NCBI GenBank assembly: GCA_964016885.1
Contig: OZ024749.1
Span: forward strand, 19,530,001 to 19,594,000
Direction of reading: 5' to 3'
DNA length: 64,000 nucleotides
DNA from: Eledone cirrhosa
Lineage: Eukaryota
Positions 31,791-47,300 of this stretch are shown here, in pieces. The notes beneath the pieces were generated by a model that saw only the letters and a program-made list of their open reading frames with translations, was not told where the DNA came from and made no database searches. Position 1 is the first letter of the stretch. The number at the start of each line of letters is the position of its first letter. Made by a program: the position numbers and the translations under genes.

Positions 31791-34700
31791 TACACTGTTA
31801 ATGACTGTATTTACACTATCTATACACTGTTAATGACTGTATTTACACTATCTATACACTGTTAATGACTGTATTTACATTATCTATACACTGTTAATGA
31901 CTGTATTTACACTATCTATACACTGTTAATGACTATTTACACTATACATTGTTAATGACTGTATTTACACTATCTATACACTGTTAATGATTGTATTTAC
32001 ACTATCTATACACTGTTAATGACCGTATTTACACTATCTATACATTGTTAATGACTGTATTTACACTATCTATACACTGTTAATGACTGTATTTACACTA
32101 TCTATACACTGTCAATGACTGTATTTACGCTATCTATACACTGTTAATGACTGTATTTACACTATCTATACACTGTTAATGACTGTATTTACACTATCTA
32201 TACACTATTAATAACTGTATTTACACTATCTATACACTGTTAATGACTATTTACACTATCTATTCACTGTTAATAACTGTATTTACACTATCTATACACT
32301 GTTAATAACTGTATTTACACTATCTATACGTTGTTAATGACTGTATTTACACTATCTATACACTGTTAATAACTGTATTTACACTATCTATACACTGTTA
32401 ATGACTGTATTTACACTATCTATACACTGTTAATGACTGTATTTACACTATCTATGCACTGTTAATGACTGTATTTACACTATCTATACACTGTTAATGA
32501 CTGTATTTACACTATCTATACACCGTTAATGACTGTATTTACACTATCTATACACTGTTAATAACTGTATTTACACTATCTATACACTGTTATTGACTGT
32601 ATTTACACCATCTATACATTGTTAATGACTGTATTTACACTATCTATACACCGTTAATGACTGTATTTACATTATCTATACACTGTTAATGACTGTATTT
32701 ATCCTATCTATACACCGTTAATGACTGTATTTACATTATCTATACACTGTTAATGACTGTATTTACACTATCTATACACTGTTAATGACTGTATTTACAC
32801 TATCTATACACCGTTAATGACTGTATTTACACTATCTATACACTGTTAATAACTGTATTTACACTATCTATACACTGTTAATGAGTGTATTTACACTATT
32901 TATATACTGTTAATAACTGTATTTACACTATCTATACACTGTTAATGACTGTATTTACACTATCTATACACTGTTAATGACTGTATTTACACTATCTATA
33001 CACTGTTAATAACTATTTACACTATCTATACATTGTTAATAACTGTATTTACACTATCTATACACTGTTAATGACTGTATTTACACTATCTATACACTGT
33101 TAATGACTGTATTTACACTATCTATACACTGTTAATAACTGTATTTACACTATCTATACATTGTTAATAACTGTATTTACACTATCTATACATTGTTAAT
33201 GGCTGTATTTACACTATCTATACACTGATAATAACTGTATTTACACTATCTATACACTGTTAATAACTGTATTTACATTATCTATACACTGTTAATGCCT
33301 GTATTTACACTATCTATACACTGTTAATGACTGTATTTACACTATCTATACACCGTTAATGACTGTATTTACACTATCTATACACTGTTAATGACTGTAT
33401 TTACACTATCTATACACTGTAAATAACTGTATTTACACTATCTATACATTGTTAATAACTGTATTTACACTATCTATACATTGTTAATGACTGTATTTAC
33501 ACTATCTATACACTGTTAATAACTGTATTTACACTATCTATACACTGTTAATAAACTGTATTTACACTATCTATACACTGTTAATGACTGTATTTACACT
33601 ATCTATACACTATTAATAACTGTATTTACACTATCTATACACTGTTAATGACTGTATTTACACTATCTATACACTGTTAATAACTGTATTTACACTATCT
33701 ATACACTGTTAATAACTGTATTTACACTATCTATACACTGTTAATGACTGTATTTACACTATCTATACACTGTTAATGACTGTATTTACACTATCTATAC
33801 ACTGTTAATGACTGTATTTACACTATCTATACACTGTTAATGACTGTATTTACACTATCTATACACTGTTAATGACTGTATTTACACTATCTATACATTG
33901 TTAATGACTGTATTTACACTATCTATACACTATTAATGACTGTATTTACACTATCTATACACTGTTAATGACTGTATTTACGCTATCTATACACTGTTAA
34001 TGACTGTATTTACACTATCTATACACTGTTAATGACTGTATTTACACTATCTATACACTGTTAATGACTGTATTTACACTATCTATACACTGTTAATGAC
34101 TGTATTTACACTATCTATACACTGTTAATGACTGTATTTACACTATCTATACACTGTTAATAACTGTATTTACACTATTTATACACTGTTAATAACTGTA
34201 TTTATACTATCTATACACTGTTAATGACTGTATTTACACTATCTATACACTGTTAATGACTGTATTTACACTATCTATACACTGTTAATGACTGTATTTA
34301 CACTATCTATACACCGTTAATGACTGTATTAACATTATCTATACACTGTTAATGACTGTATTTACACTATCTATACACCGTTAATGACTGTATTTACATT
34401 ATCTATACACTGTTAATGACTGTATTTACACTATCTATACACTGTTAATGACTGTATTTACACTATCTATACACTGTTAATAACTGTATTTACACTATCT
34501 ATACACTGTTAATGACTGTATTTACACTATCTATACACTGTTAATAACTGTATTTACACTGTTAATAACTGTATTTACACTGTTAATGACTGTATTTACA
34601 CTATCTATACATTGTTAATGACTGTATTTACACTATCTATACACTGTTAATGACTGTATTTACACTATCTATACACTGTTAATGACTGTATTTACACTAT

Positions 34701-37700
34701 CTATACACTGTTAATGACTGTATTTACACTATCTATACACTGTTAATGACTGTATTTACACTATCTATAGATTGTTAATGACTGTATTTACACTATCTAT
34801 ACACTGTTAATGACTGTATTTACACTATACACTGTTAATGACTGTATTTACACTATCTATACACTATTAATGACTGTATTTACACTATCTATAGACTGTT
34901 AATGACTGTATTTACACTATCTATACACTGTTAATGACTGTATTTACACTATCTATACACTGTTAATGACTGTATTTACACTATCTATACACTGTTAATG
35001 ACTGTATTTACACTATCTATACACCGTTAATGACTGTATTTACGCTATCTATACACTGTTAATGACTGTATTTACACTATCTATACACTGTTAATGACTG
35101 TATTTACACTATCTATATACTGTTAATGACTGTATTTACACAATCTATACATTGTTAATGACTGTATTTACACTATCTATACACTGTTAATGACTGTATT
35201 TACACTATCTATACACTGTTAATGACTATTTACACCATCTATACACTGTTAATGACTGTATTTACACTATCTATACACTGTTAATGGCTGTATTTACACT
35301 ATCTATACACTGTTAATGACTGTATTTACACTATCTATACACCGTTAATGACTGTATTTACACTATCTATACACTGTTAATGACTGTATTAACATTATCT
35401 ATACACTGTTAATGACTGTATTTACACTATCTATACACCGTTAATGACTGTATTTACACTATCCATACACCGTTAATGACTGTATTTACACTATCTATAC
35501 ACTGTTAATAACTGTATTTACACTATCTATACACTGTTAATAACTGTATTTACACTATCTATACATTGTTAATAACTGTATTTACACTATCTATACACTG
35601 TTAATGACTGTATTTACACTATCTATACACTGTTAATGACTGTATTTACACTATCTATACATTGTTAATGACTGTATTTACACTATCTATACACTGTTAA
35701 TGACTGTATTTACACTATCTATACACTGTTAATGACTGTATTTACACTATCTATACACTGTTAATGACTGTATTTACATTATCTATACACTGTTAATGAC
35801 TGTATTTACACTATCTATACACTGTTAATGACTATTTACACTATACATTGTTAATGACTGTATTTACACTATCTATACACTGTTAATGATTGTATTTACA
35901 CTATCTATACACTGTTAATGACCGTATTTACACTATCTATACATTGTTAATGACTGTATTTACACTATCTATACACTGTTAATGACTGTATTTACACTAT
36001 CTATACACTGTCAATGACTGTATTTACGCTATCTATACACTGTTAATGACTGTATTTACACTATCTATACACTGTTAATGACTGTATTTACACTATCTAT
36101 ACACTATTAATAACTGTATTTACACTATCTATACACTGTTAATGACTATTTACACTATCTATTCACTGTTAATAACTGTATTTACACTATCTATACACTG
36201 TTAATAACTGTATTTACACTATCTATACGTTGTTAATGACTGTATTTACACTATCTATACACTGTTAATAACTGTATTTACACTATCTATACACTGTTAA
36301 TGACTGTATTTACACTATCTATACACTGTTAATGACTGTATTTACACTATCTATGCACTGTTAATGACTGTATTTACACTATCTATACACTGTTAATGAC
36401 TGTATTTACACTATCTATACACCGTTAATGACTGTATTTACACTATCTATACACTGTTAATAACTGTATTTACACTATCTATACACTGTTATTGACTGTA
36501 TTTACACCATCTATACATTGTTAATGACTGTATTTACACTATCTATACACCGTTAATGACTGTATTTACATTATCTATACACTGTTAATGACTGTATTTA
36601 TCCTATCTATACACCGTTAATGACTGTATTTACATTATCTATACACTGTTAATGACTGTATTTACACTATCTATACACTGTTAATGACTGTATTTACACT
36701 ATCTATACACCGTTAATGACTGTATTTACACTATCTATACACTGTTAATAACTGTATTTACACTATCTATACACTGTTAATGAGTGTATTTACACTATTT
36801 ATATACTGTTAATAACTGTATTTACACTATCTATACACTGTTAATGACTGTATTTACACTATCTATACACTGTTAATGACTGTATTTACACTATCTATAC
36901 ACTGTTAATAACTATTTACACTATCTATACATTGTTAATAACTGTATTTACACTATCTATACACTGTTAATGACTGTATTTACACTATCTATACACTGTT
37001 AATGACTGTATTTACACTATCTATACACTGTTAATAACTGTATTTACACTATCTATACATTGTTAATAACTGTATTTACACTATCTATACATTGTTAATG
37101 GCTGTATTTACACTATCTATACACTGATAATAACTGTATTTACACTATCTATACACTGTTAATAACTGTATTTACATTATCTATACACTGTTAATGCCTG
37201 TATTTACACTATCTATACACTGTTAATGACTGTATTTACACTATCTATACACCGTTAATGACTGTATTTACACTATCTATACACTGTTAATGACTGTATT
37301 TACACTATCTATACACTGTAAATAACTGTATTTACACTATCTATACATTGTTAATAACTGTATTTACACTATCTATACATTGTTAATGACTGTATTTACA
37401 CTATCTATACACTGTTAATAACTGTATTTACACTATCTATACACTGTTAATAAACTGTATTTACACTATCTATACACTGTTAATGACTGTATTTACACTA
37501 TCTATACACTATTAATAACTGTATTTACACTATCTATACACTGTTAATGACTGTATTTACACTATCTATACACTGTTAATAACTGTATTTACACTATCTA
37601 TACACTGTTAATAACTGTATTTACACTATCTATACACTGTTAATGACTGTATTTACACTATCTATACACTGTTAATGACTGTATTTACACTATCTATACA

Positions 37701-37725
37701 CTGTTAATGACTGTATTTACACTAT
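29910..37725. repeat. Tandem block duplication, 2 x 3,899 bp (123 monomers including short variants)
   Basis: Constant offset 3899: ATTCACTG 32262/36161, TACACTGATA 33221/37120, GCCT 33297/37196, ATAAACT 33551/37450, 21-mer doublet 30641/34540. 123x32 minus 37 bp of visible indels equals 3899. Confidence 0.92.
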
Positions 37726-40700
37726 CTATGCACTGTTAATGACTGTATTTACACTATCTATACACTGTTAATGACTGTATTTACACTATCTATACACTGT
37801 TAATGACTGTATTTACACTATCTATGCACTGTTAATGACTGTATTTACACTATCTATACACTGTTAATGATTGTATTTACACTATCTATACACCGTTAAT
37901 GACTGTATTTACACTATCTATACAGTGTTAATAACTGTATTTACACTATCTATACACTGTTATTGACTGTATTTACACCAGCTATACATTGTTAATGACT
38001 GTATTTACATTATCTATACACTGTTAATGACTGTATTTATCCTATCTATACACCGTTAATGACTGTATTTACATTATCTATACACTGTTAATGATTGTAT
38101 TTACACTATCTATACACTGTTAATGACTGCATTTACACTATCTATACACCGTTAATGACTGTATTTACACTATCTATACACTGTTAATAACTGTATTTAC
38201 ACTATCTATACACTGTTAATGACTGTATTTACACTATTTATATACTGTTAATAACTGTATTTACACTATCTATACACTGTTAATGACTGTATTTACACTA
38301 TCTATACACTGTTAATGACTGTATTTACACTATCTATACACTGTTAATAACTGTATTTACACTATCTATACATTGTTAATGACTGTATTTACACTATCTA
38401 TACACTATTAATGACTGTATTTACACTATCTATACACTGTTAATGACTGTATTTACACTATCTATACACTGTTAATAACTGTATTTACACTATCTATACA
38501 CTGTTAATAAATGTATTTACACCATCTATACACTGTTAATGACTGTATTTACACTATCTATACATTGTTAATGACTGTATTTACACTATCTATACACTGT
38601 TAATGTCTGTATTTACACTATTTATACACTGTTAATAACTGTATTTACACTATCTATACACTGTTAATGACTGTATTTACACTATCTATACATTGTTAAT
38701 GACTGTATTTACACTATCTATACACTGTTAATAACTGTATTTACACTATCTATACACTGTTAATGACTGTATTTACACTATCTATACATTGTTAATGACT
38801 GTATTTATACTATCTATACATTGTTAATGACTGTATTTACACTATCTATACACTGTTAATGACTGTATTTACACTATCCATACATTGTTAATGACTGTAT
38901 TTACACTATCTATACACTGTTAATGACTGTATTTACACTATTTATATACTGTTAATAACTCTATTTACACTATCTATACACTGTTAATGACTGTATTTAC
39001 ACTATCTATACACTGTTAATGACTGTATTTACACTATCTATACACTGTTAATAACTGTATTTACACTATCTATACATTGTTAATGACTGTATTTACACTA
39101 TCTATACACTGTTAATGACTGTATTTACACTATCTATACACTGTTAATGACTGTATTTACACTATCTATACACTGTTAATAACTGTATTTACACTATCTA
39201 TACACTGTTAATAACTGTATTTACACTATCTATACACTGTTAATGACTGTATTTACACTATCTATACATTGTTAATGACTGTATTTACACTATCTATACA
39301 CTGTTAATGTCTGTATTTACACTATTTATACACTGTTAATAACTGTATTTACACTATCTATACACTGTTAATGACTGTATTTACACTATCTATACACTGT
39401 TAATGACTGTATTTACACTATCTATACATTGTTAATAACTGTATTTACACTATCTATACACTGTTAATGACTGTATTTACACTATCTATACACTGTTAAT
39501 GACTGTATTTACACTATCTATACACTGTTAATGACTGTATTTACACTATCTATTGACTGTTAATGACTGTATTTACACTATCTATACACTGTTAATGACT
39601 GTATTTACACTATCTATATATTGTTAATGACTGTATTTACACTATCTATACACTGTTAATAACTGTATTTACACTATCTATACACTGTTAATGACTGTAT
39701 TTACACTATCTATACATTGTTAATGACTGTATTTACACTAACTATACACTGTTAATGACTGTATTTACACTATCTATACACTGTTAATAACTGTATTTAC
39801 ACTATCTATACATTGTTAATAACTGTATTTACACTATCTATACACTGTTAATGACTGTATTTACACTATCTATACACTGTTAATGACTGTATTTACACTA
39901 TCTATACATTGTTAATGACTGTATTTACACTATCTATACACTGTTAATGACTGTATTTACACTATCTATACACTGTTAATGACTGTATTTACACTATCTA
40001 TACACTGTTAATGACTGTATTTACATTATCTATACACTGTTAATGACTGTATTTACACTATCTATACACTGTTAATGACTGTATTTACACTATCTATACA
40101 TTGTTAATGACTGTATTTACACTATCTATACACTGTTAATGACTGTATTTACACTATCTATACACTGTTAATGACCGTATTTACACTATCTATACATTGT
40201 TAATGACTGTATTTACACTATCTATACACTGTTAATGACTGTATTTACACTATCTATACACTGTCAATGACTGTATTTACGCTATCTATACACTGTTAAT
40301 GACTGTATTTACACTATCTATACACTGTTAATGACTGTATTTACACTATCTATACACTATTAATAACTGTATTTACACTATCTATACACTGTTAATGACT
40401 GTATTTACACTATCTATACACTGTTAATAACTGTATTTACACTATCTATACACTGTTAATAACTGTATTTACACTATTTATAAACTGTTAATAACTGTAT
40501 TTACACTATCTATACACTGTTAATGACTGTATTTACACTATCTATACACTGTTAATGACTGTATTTACACTATCTATACACTGTTAATAACTGTATTTAC
40601 ACTATCTATACATTGTTAATAACTGTATTTACACTATCTATACACTGTTAATGACTGTATTTACACTATCTATACACTGTTAATGACTGTATTTACACTA

Positions 40701-41399
40701 TCTATACACTGTTAATAACTGTATTTACACTATTTATACACTGTTAATAACTGTATTTATACTATCTATACACTGTTAATGACTGTATTTACACTATCTA
40801 TACACTGTTAATGACTGTATTTACACTATCTATACACTGTTAATGACTGTATTTACACTATCTATACACCGTTAATGACTATTTACATTATCTATACACT
40901 GTTAATGACTGTATTTACACTATCTATACACCGTTAATGACTGTATTTACATTATCTATACACTGTTAATGACTGTATTTACACTATCTATACACTGTTA
41001 ATGACTGTATTTACACTATCTATACACTGTTAATAACTGTATTTACACTATCTATACACTGTTAATGACTGTATTTACACTATCTATACACTGTTAATAA
41101 CTGTATTTACACTATCTATACACTGTTAATGACTGTATTTACACTATCTATACATTGTTAATGACTGTATTTACACTATCTATACACTGTTAATGTCTGT
41201 ATTTACACTATTTATACACTGTTAATAACTGTATTTACACTATCTATACACTGTTAATGACTGTATTTACACTATCTATACACTGTTAATAACTGTATTT
41301 ACACTATCTATACACTGTTAATAACTGTATTTACACTATCTATACACTGTTAATGACTGTATTTACACTATCTATACATTGTTAATGACTGTATTTACA

Positions 41400-44300
41400 C
41401 TATCTATACACTGTTAATGTCTGTATTTACACTATTTATACACTGTTAATAACTGTATTTACACTATCTATACACTGTTAATGACTGTATTTACACTATC
41501 TATACACTGTTAATGACTGTATTTACACTATCTATACATTGTTAATAACTGTATTTACACTATCTATACACTGTTAATGACTGTATTTACACTATCTATA
41601 CACTGTTAATGACTGTATTTACACTATCTATACACTGTTAATGACTGTATTTACACTATCTATTGACTGTTAATGACTGTATTTACACTATCTATACACT
41701 GTTAATGACTGTATTTACACTATCTATACATTGTTAATAACTGTATTTACACTATCTATACATTGTTAATAACTGTATTTACACTATCTATACACTGTTA
41801 ATGACTGTATTTACACTGTCTATACACTGTTAATGACTGTATTTACACTATCTATACATTGTTAATGACTGTATTTACACTATCTATACACTATTAATGA
41901 CTGTATTTACACTATCTATACACTGTTAATGACTGTATTTACACTATCTATACACTGTTAATGACTGTATTTACATTATCTATACACTGTTAATGACTGT
42001 ATTTACACTATCTATACACTGTTAATGACTGTATTTACACTATCTATACATTGTTAATGACTGTATTTACACTATCTATACACTGTTAATGACTGTATTT
42101 ACACTATCTATACACTGTTAATGACCGTATTTACACTATCTATACATTGTTAATGACTGTATTTACACTATCTATACACTGTTAATGACTGTATTTACAC
42201 TATCTATACACTGTCAATGACTGTATTTACGCTATCTATACACTGTTAATGACTGTATTTACACTATCTATACACTGTTAATGACTGTATTTACACTATC
42301 TATACACTATTAATAACTGTATTTACACTATCTATACACTGTTAATGACTGTATTTACACTATCTATACACTGTTAATAACTGTATTTACACTATCTATA
42401 CACTGTTAATAACTGTATTTACACTATTTATATACTGTTAATAACTGTATTTACACTATCTATACACTGTTAATGACTGTATTTACACTATCTATACACT
42501 GTTAATGACTGTATTTACACTATCTATACACTGTTAATAACTGTATTTACACTATCTATACATTGTTAATAACTGTATTTACACTATCTATACACTGTTA
42601 ATGACTGTATTTACACTATCTATACACTGTTAATGACTGTATTTACACTATCTATACACTGTTAATAACTGTATTTACACTATTTATACACTGTTAATAA
42701 CTGTATTTATACTATCTATACACTGTTAATGACTGTATTTACACTATCTATACACTGTTAATGACTGTATTTACACTATCTATACACTGTTAATGACTGT
42801 ATATACACTATCTATACACCGTTAATGACTGTATTTACATTATCTATACACTGTTAATGACTGTATTTACACTATCTATACACCGTTAATGACTGTATTT
42901 ACATTATCTATACACTGTTAATGACTGTATTTACACTATCTATACACTGTTAATGACTGTATTTACACTATCTATACACTGTTAATAACTGTATTTACAC
43001 TATCTATACACTGTTAATGACTGTATTTACACTATCTATACACTGTTAATAACTGTATTTACACTGTTAATAACTGTATTTACACTGTTAATGACTGTAT
43101 TTACACTATCTATACATTGTTAATGACTGTATTTACACTATCTATACACTGTTAATGACTGTATTTACACTATCTATACACTGTTAATGACTGTATTTAC
43201 AGTATCTATACACTGTTAATAACTGTATTTACACTATCTATACACTGTTAATAACTGTATTTACACTATCTATACACTGTTAATGACTGTATTTACACTA
43301 TCTATACATTGTTAATGACTGTATTTACACTATCTATACACTGTTAATGACTGTATTTACACTATCTATACACTGTTAATGACTGTATTTACACTATCTA
43401 TACACTGTTAATGACTGTATTTACACTATCTATACACTGTTAATGACTGTATTTACACTATCTATACACTGTTAATGACTGTATTTACACTATCTATACA
43501 CTGTTAATGACTGTATTTACACTATCTATAGATTGTTAATGACTGTATTTACACTATCTATACACTGTTAATGTCTGTATTTACACTATTTATACACTGT
43601 TAATAACTGTATTTACACTATCTATACACTGTTAATGACTGTATTTACACTATCTATACACTGTTAATGACTGTATTTACACTATCTATACACTGTTAAT
43701 GACTGTATTTACACTATCTATACACTGTTAATGACTGTATTTACATTATCTATACACTGTTAATGACTGTATTTACACTATCTATACACTGTTAATGACT
43801 GTATTTACACTATCTATACATTGTTAATGACTGTATTTACACTATCTATACACTGTTAATGACTGTATTTACACTATCTATACACTGTTAATGACTGTAT
43901 TTACACTATCTATACACCGTTAATGACTGTATTTACATTATCTATACACTGTTAATGACTGTATTTACACTATCTATACACCGTTAATGACTGTATTTAC
44001 ATTATCTATACACTGTTAATGACTGTATTTACACTATCTATACACTGTAAATAACTGTATTTACACTATCTATACATTGTTAATAACTGTATTTACACTA
44101 TCTATACACTGTTAATGACTGTATTTACACTATCTATGCACTGTTAATGACTGTATTTACACTATCTATACACTGTTAATGACTGTATTTACACTATCTA
44201 TACATTGTTAATGACTGTATTTACACTATCTATACACTGTTAATAACTGTATTTACACTATCTATACACTGTTAATGACTGTATTTACACTATCTATACA

Positions 44301-47300
44301 TTGTTAATGACTGTATTTATACTATCTATACATTGTTAATGACTGTATTTACACTATCTATACACTGTTAATGACTGTATTTACACTATCCATACATTGT
44401 TAATGACTGTATTTACACTATCTATACACTGTTAATGACTGTATTTACACTATTTATATACTGTTAATAACTGTATTTACACTATCTATACACTGTTAAT
44501 GACTGTATTTACACTATCTATACACTGTTAATGACTGTATTTACACTATCTATACACTGTTAATAACTGTATTTACACTATCTATACATTGTTAATGACT
44601 GTATTTACACTATCTATACACTGTTAATGACTGTATTTACACTATCTATACACTGTTAATGACTGTATTTACACTATCTATACACTGTTAATAACTGTAT
44701 TTACACTATCTATACACTGTTAATGACTGTATTTACACTATCTATACATTGTTAATGACTGTATTTACACTATCTATACACTGTTAATGTCTGTATTTAC
44801 ACTATTTATACACTGTTAATAACTGTATTTACACTATCTATACACTGTTAATGACTGTATTTACACTATCTATACACTGTTAATGACTGTATTTACACTA
44901 TCTATACACTGTTAATGACTGTATTTACAATATCTATACACTGTTAATGACTGTATTTACACTATCTATACATTGTTAATGACTGTATTTACACTATCTA
45001 TACACTGTTAATGACTGTATTTACACTATCTATACACTGTTAATGACTGTATTTACACTATCTATACATTGTTAATGACTGTATTTACACTATCTATACA
45101 CTATTAATGACTGTATTTACACTATCTATACACTGTTAATGACTGTATTTACGCTATCTATACACTGTTAATGACTGTATTTACACTATCTATACACTGT
45201 TAATGACTGTATTTACACTATCTATACACTGTTAATGACTGTATTTACACTATCTATACACTGTTAATGACTGTATTTACACTATCTATACACTGTTAAT
45301 GACTGTATTTACACTATCTATACACTGTTAATAACTGTATTTACACTATTTATACACTGTTAATAACTGTATTTATACTATCTATACACTGTTAATGACT
45401 GTATTTACACTATCTATACACTGTTAATGACTGTATTTACACTATCTATACACTGTTAATGACTGTATTTACACTATCTATACACCGTTAATGACTGTAT
45501 TTACATTATCTATACACTGTTAATGACTGTATTTACACTATCTATACACCGTTAATGACTGTATTTACATTATCTATACACTGTTAATGACTGTATTTAC
45601 ACTATCTATACACTGTTAATGACTGTATTTACACTATCTATACACTGTTAATAACTGTATTTACACTATCTATACACTGTTAATGACTGTATTTACACTA
45701 TCTATACACTGTTAATAACTGTATTTACACTGTTAATAACTGTATTTACACTGTTAATGACTGTATTTAGACTATCTATACATTGTTAATGACTGTATTT
45801 ACACTATCTATACACTGTTAATGACTGTATTTACACTATCTATACACTGTTAATGACTGTATTTACACTATCTATACACTGTTAATGACTGTATTTACAC
45901 TATCTATACACTGTTAATGACTGTATTTACACTATCTATAGATTGTTAATGACTGTATTTACACTATCTATACACTGTTAATGACTGTATTTACACTATA
46001 TACTGTTAATGACTGTATTTACACTATCTATACACTGTTAATGACTGTATTTACACTATCTATAGACTGTTAATGACTGTATTTACACTATCTATACACT
46101 GTTAATGACTGTATTTACACTATCTATACATTGTTAATGACTGTATTTACACTATCTATACACTGTTAATGTCTGTATTTACACTATTTATACACTGTTA
46201 ATAACTGTATTTACACTATCTATACACTGTTAATGACTGTATTTACACTATCTATACACTGTTAATGACTGTATTTACACTATCTATACATTGTTAATAA
46301 CTGTATTTACACTATCTATACACTGTTAATGACTGTATTTACACTATCTATACACTGTTAATGACTGTATTTACACTATCTATACACTGTTAATGACTGT
46401 ATTTACACTATCTATTGACTGTTAATGACTGTATTTACACTATCTATACACTGTTAATGACTGTATTTACACTATCTATACATTGTTAATAACTGTATTT
46501 ACACTATCTATACATTGTTAATAACTGTATTTACACTATCTATACACTGTTAATGACTGTATTTACACTGTCTATACACTGTTAATGACTGTATTTACAC
46601 TATCTATACATTGTTAATGACTGTATTTACACTATCTATACACTATTAATGACTGTATTTACACTATCTATACACTGTTAATGACTGTATTTACACTATC
46701 TATACACTGTTAATGACTGTATTTACATTATCTATACACTGTTAATGACTGTATTTACACTATCTATACACTGTTAATGACTGTATTTACACTATCTATA
46801 CATTGTTAATGACTGTATTTACACTATCTATACACTGTTAATGACTGTATTTACACTATCTATACACTGTTAATGACCGTATTTACACTATCTATACATT
46901 GTTAATGACTGTATTTACACTATCTATACACTGTTAATGACTGTATTTACACTATCTATACACTGTCAATGACTGTATTTACGCTATCTATACACTGTTA
47001 ATGACTGTATTTACACTATCTATACACTGTTAATGACTGTATTTACACTATCTATACACTATTAATAACTGTATTTACACTATCTATACACTGTTAATGA
47101 CTGTATTTACACTATCTATACACTGTTAATAACTGTATTTACACTATCTATACACTGTTAATAACTGTATTTACACTATTTATATACTGTTAATAACTGT
47201 ATTTACACTATCTATACACTGTTAATGACTGTATTTACACTATCTATACACTGTTAATGACTGTATTTACACTATCTATACACTGTTAATAACTGTATTT

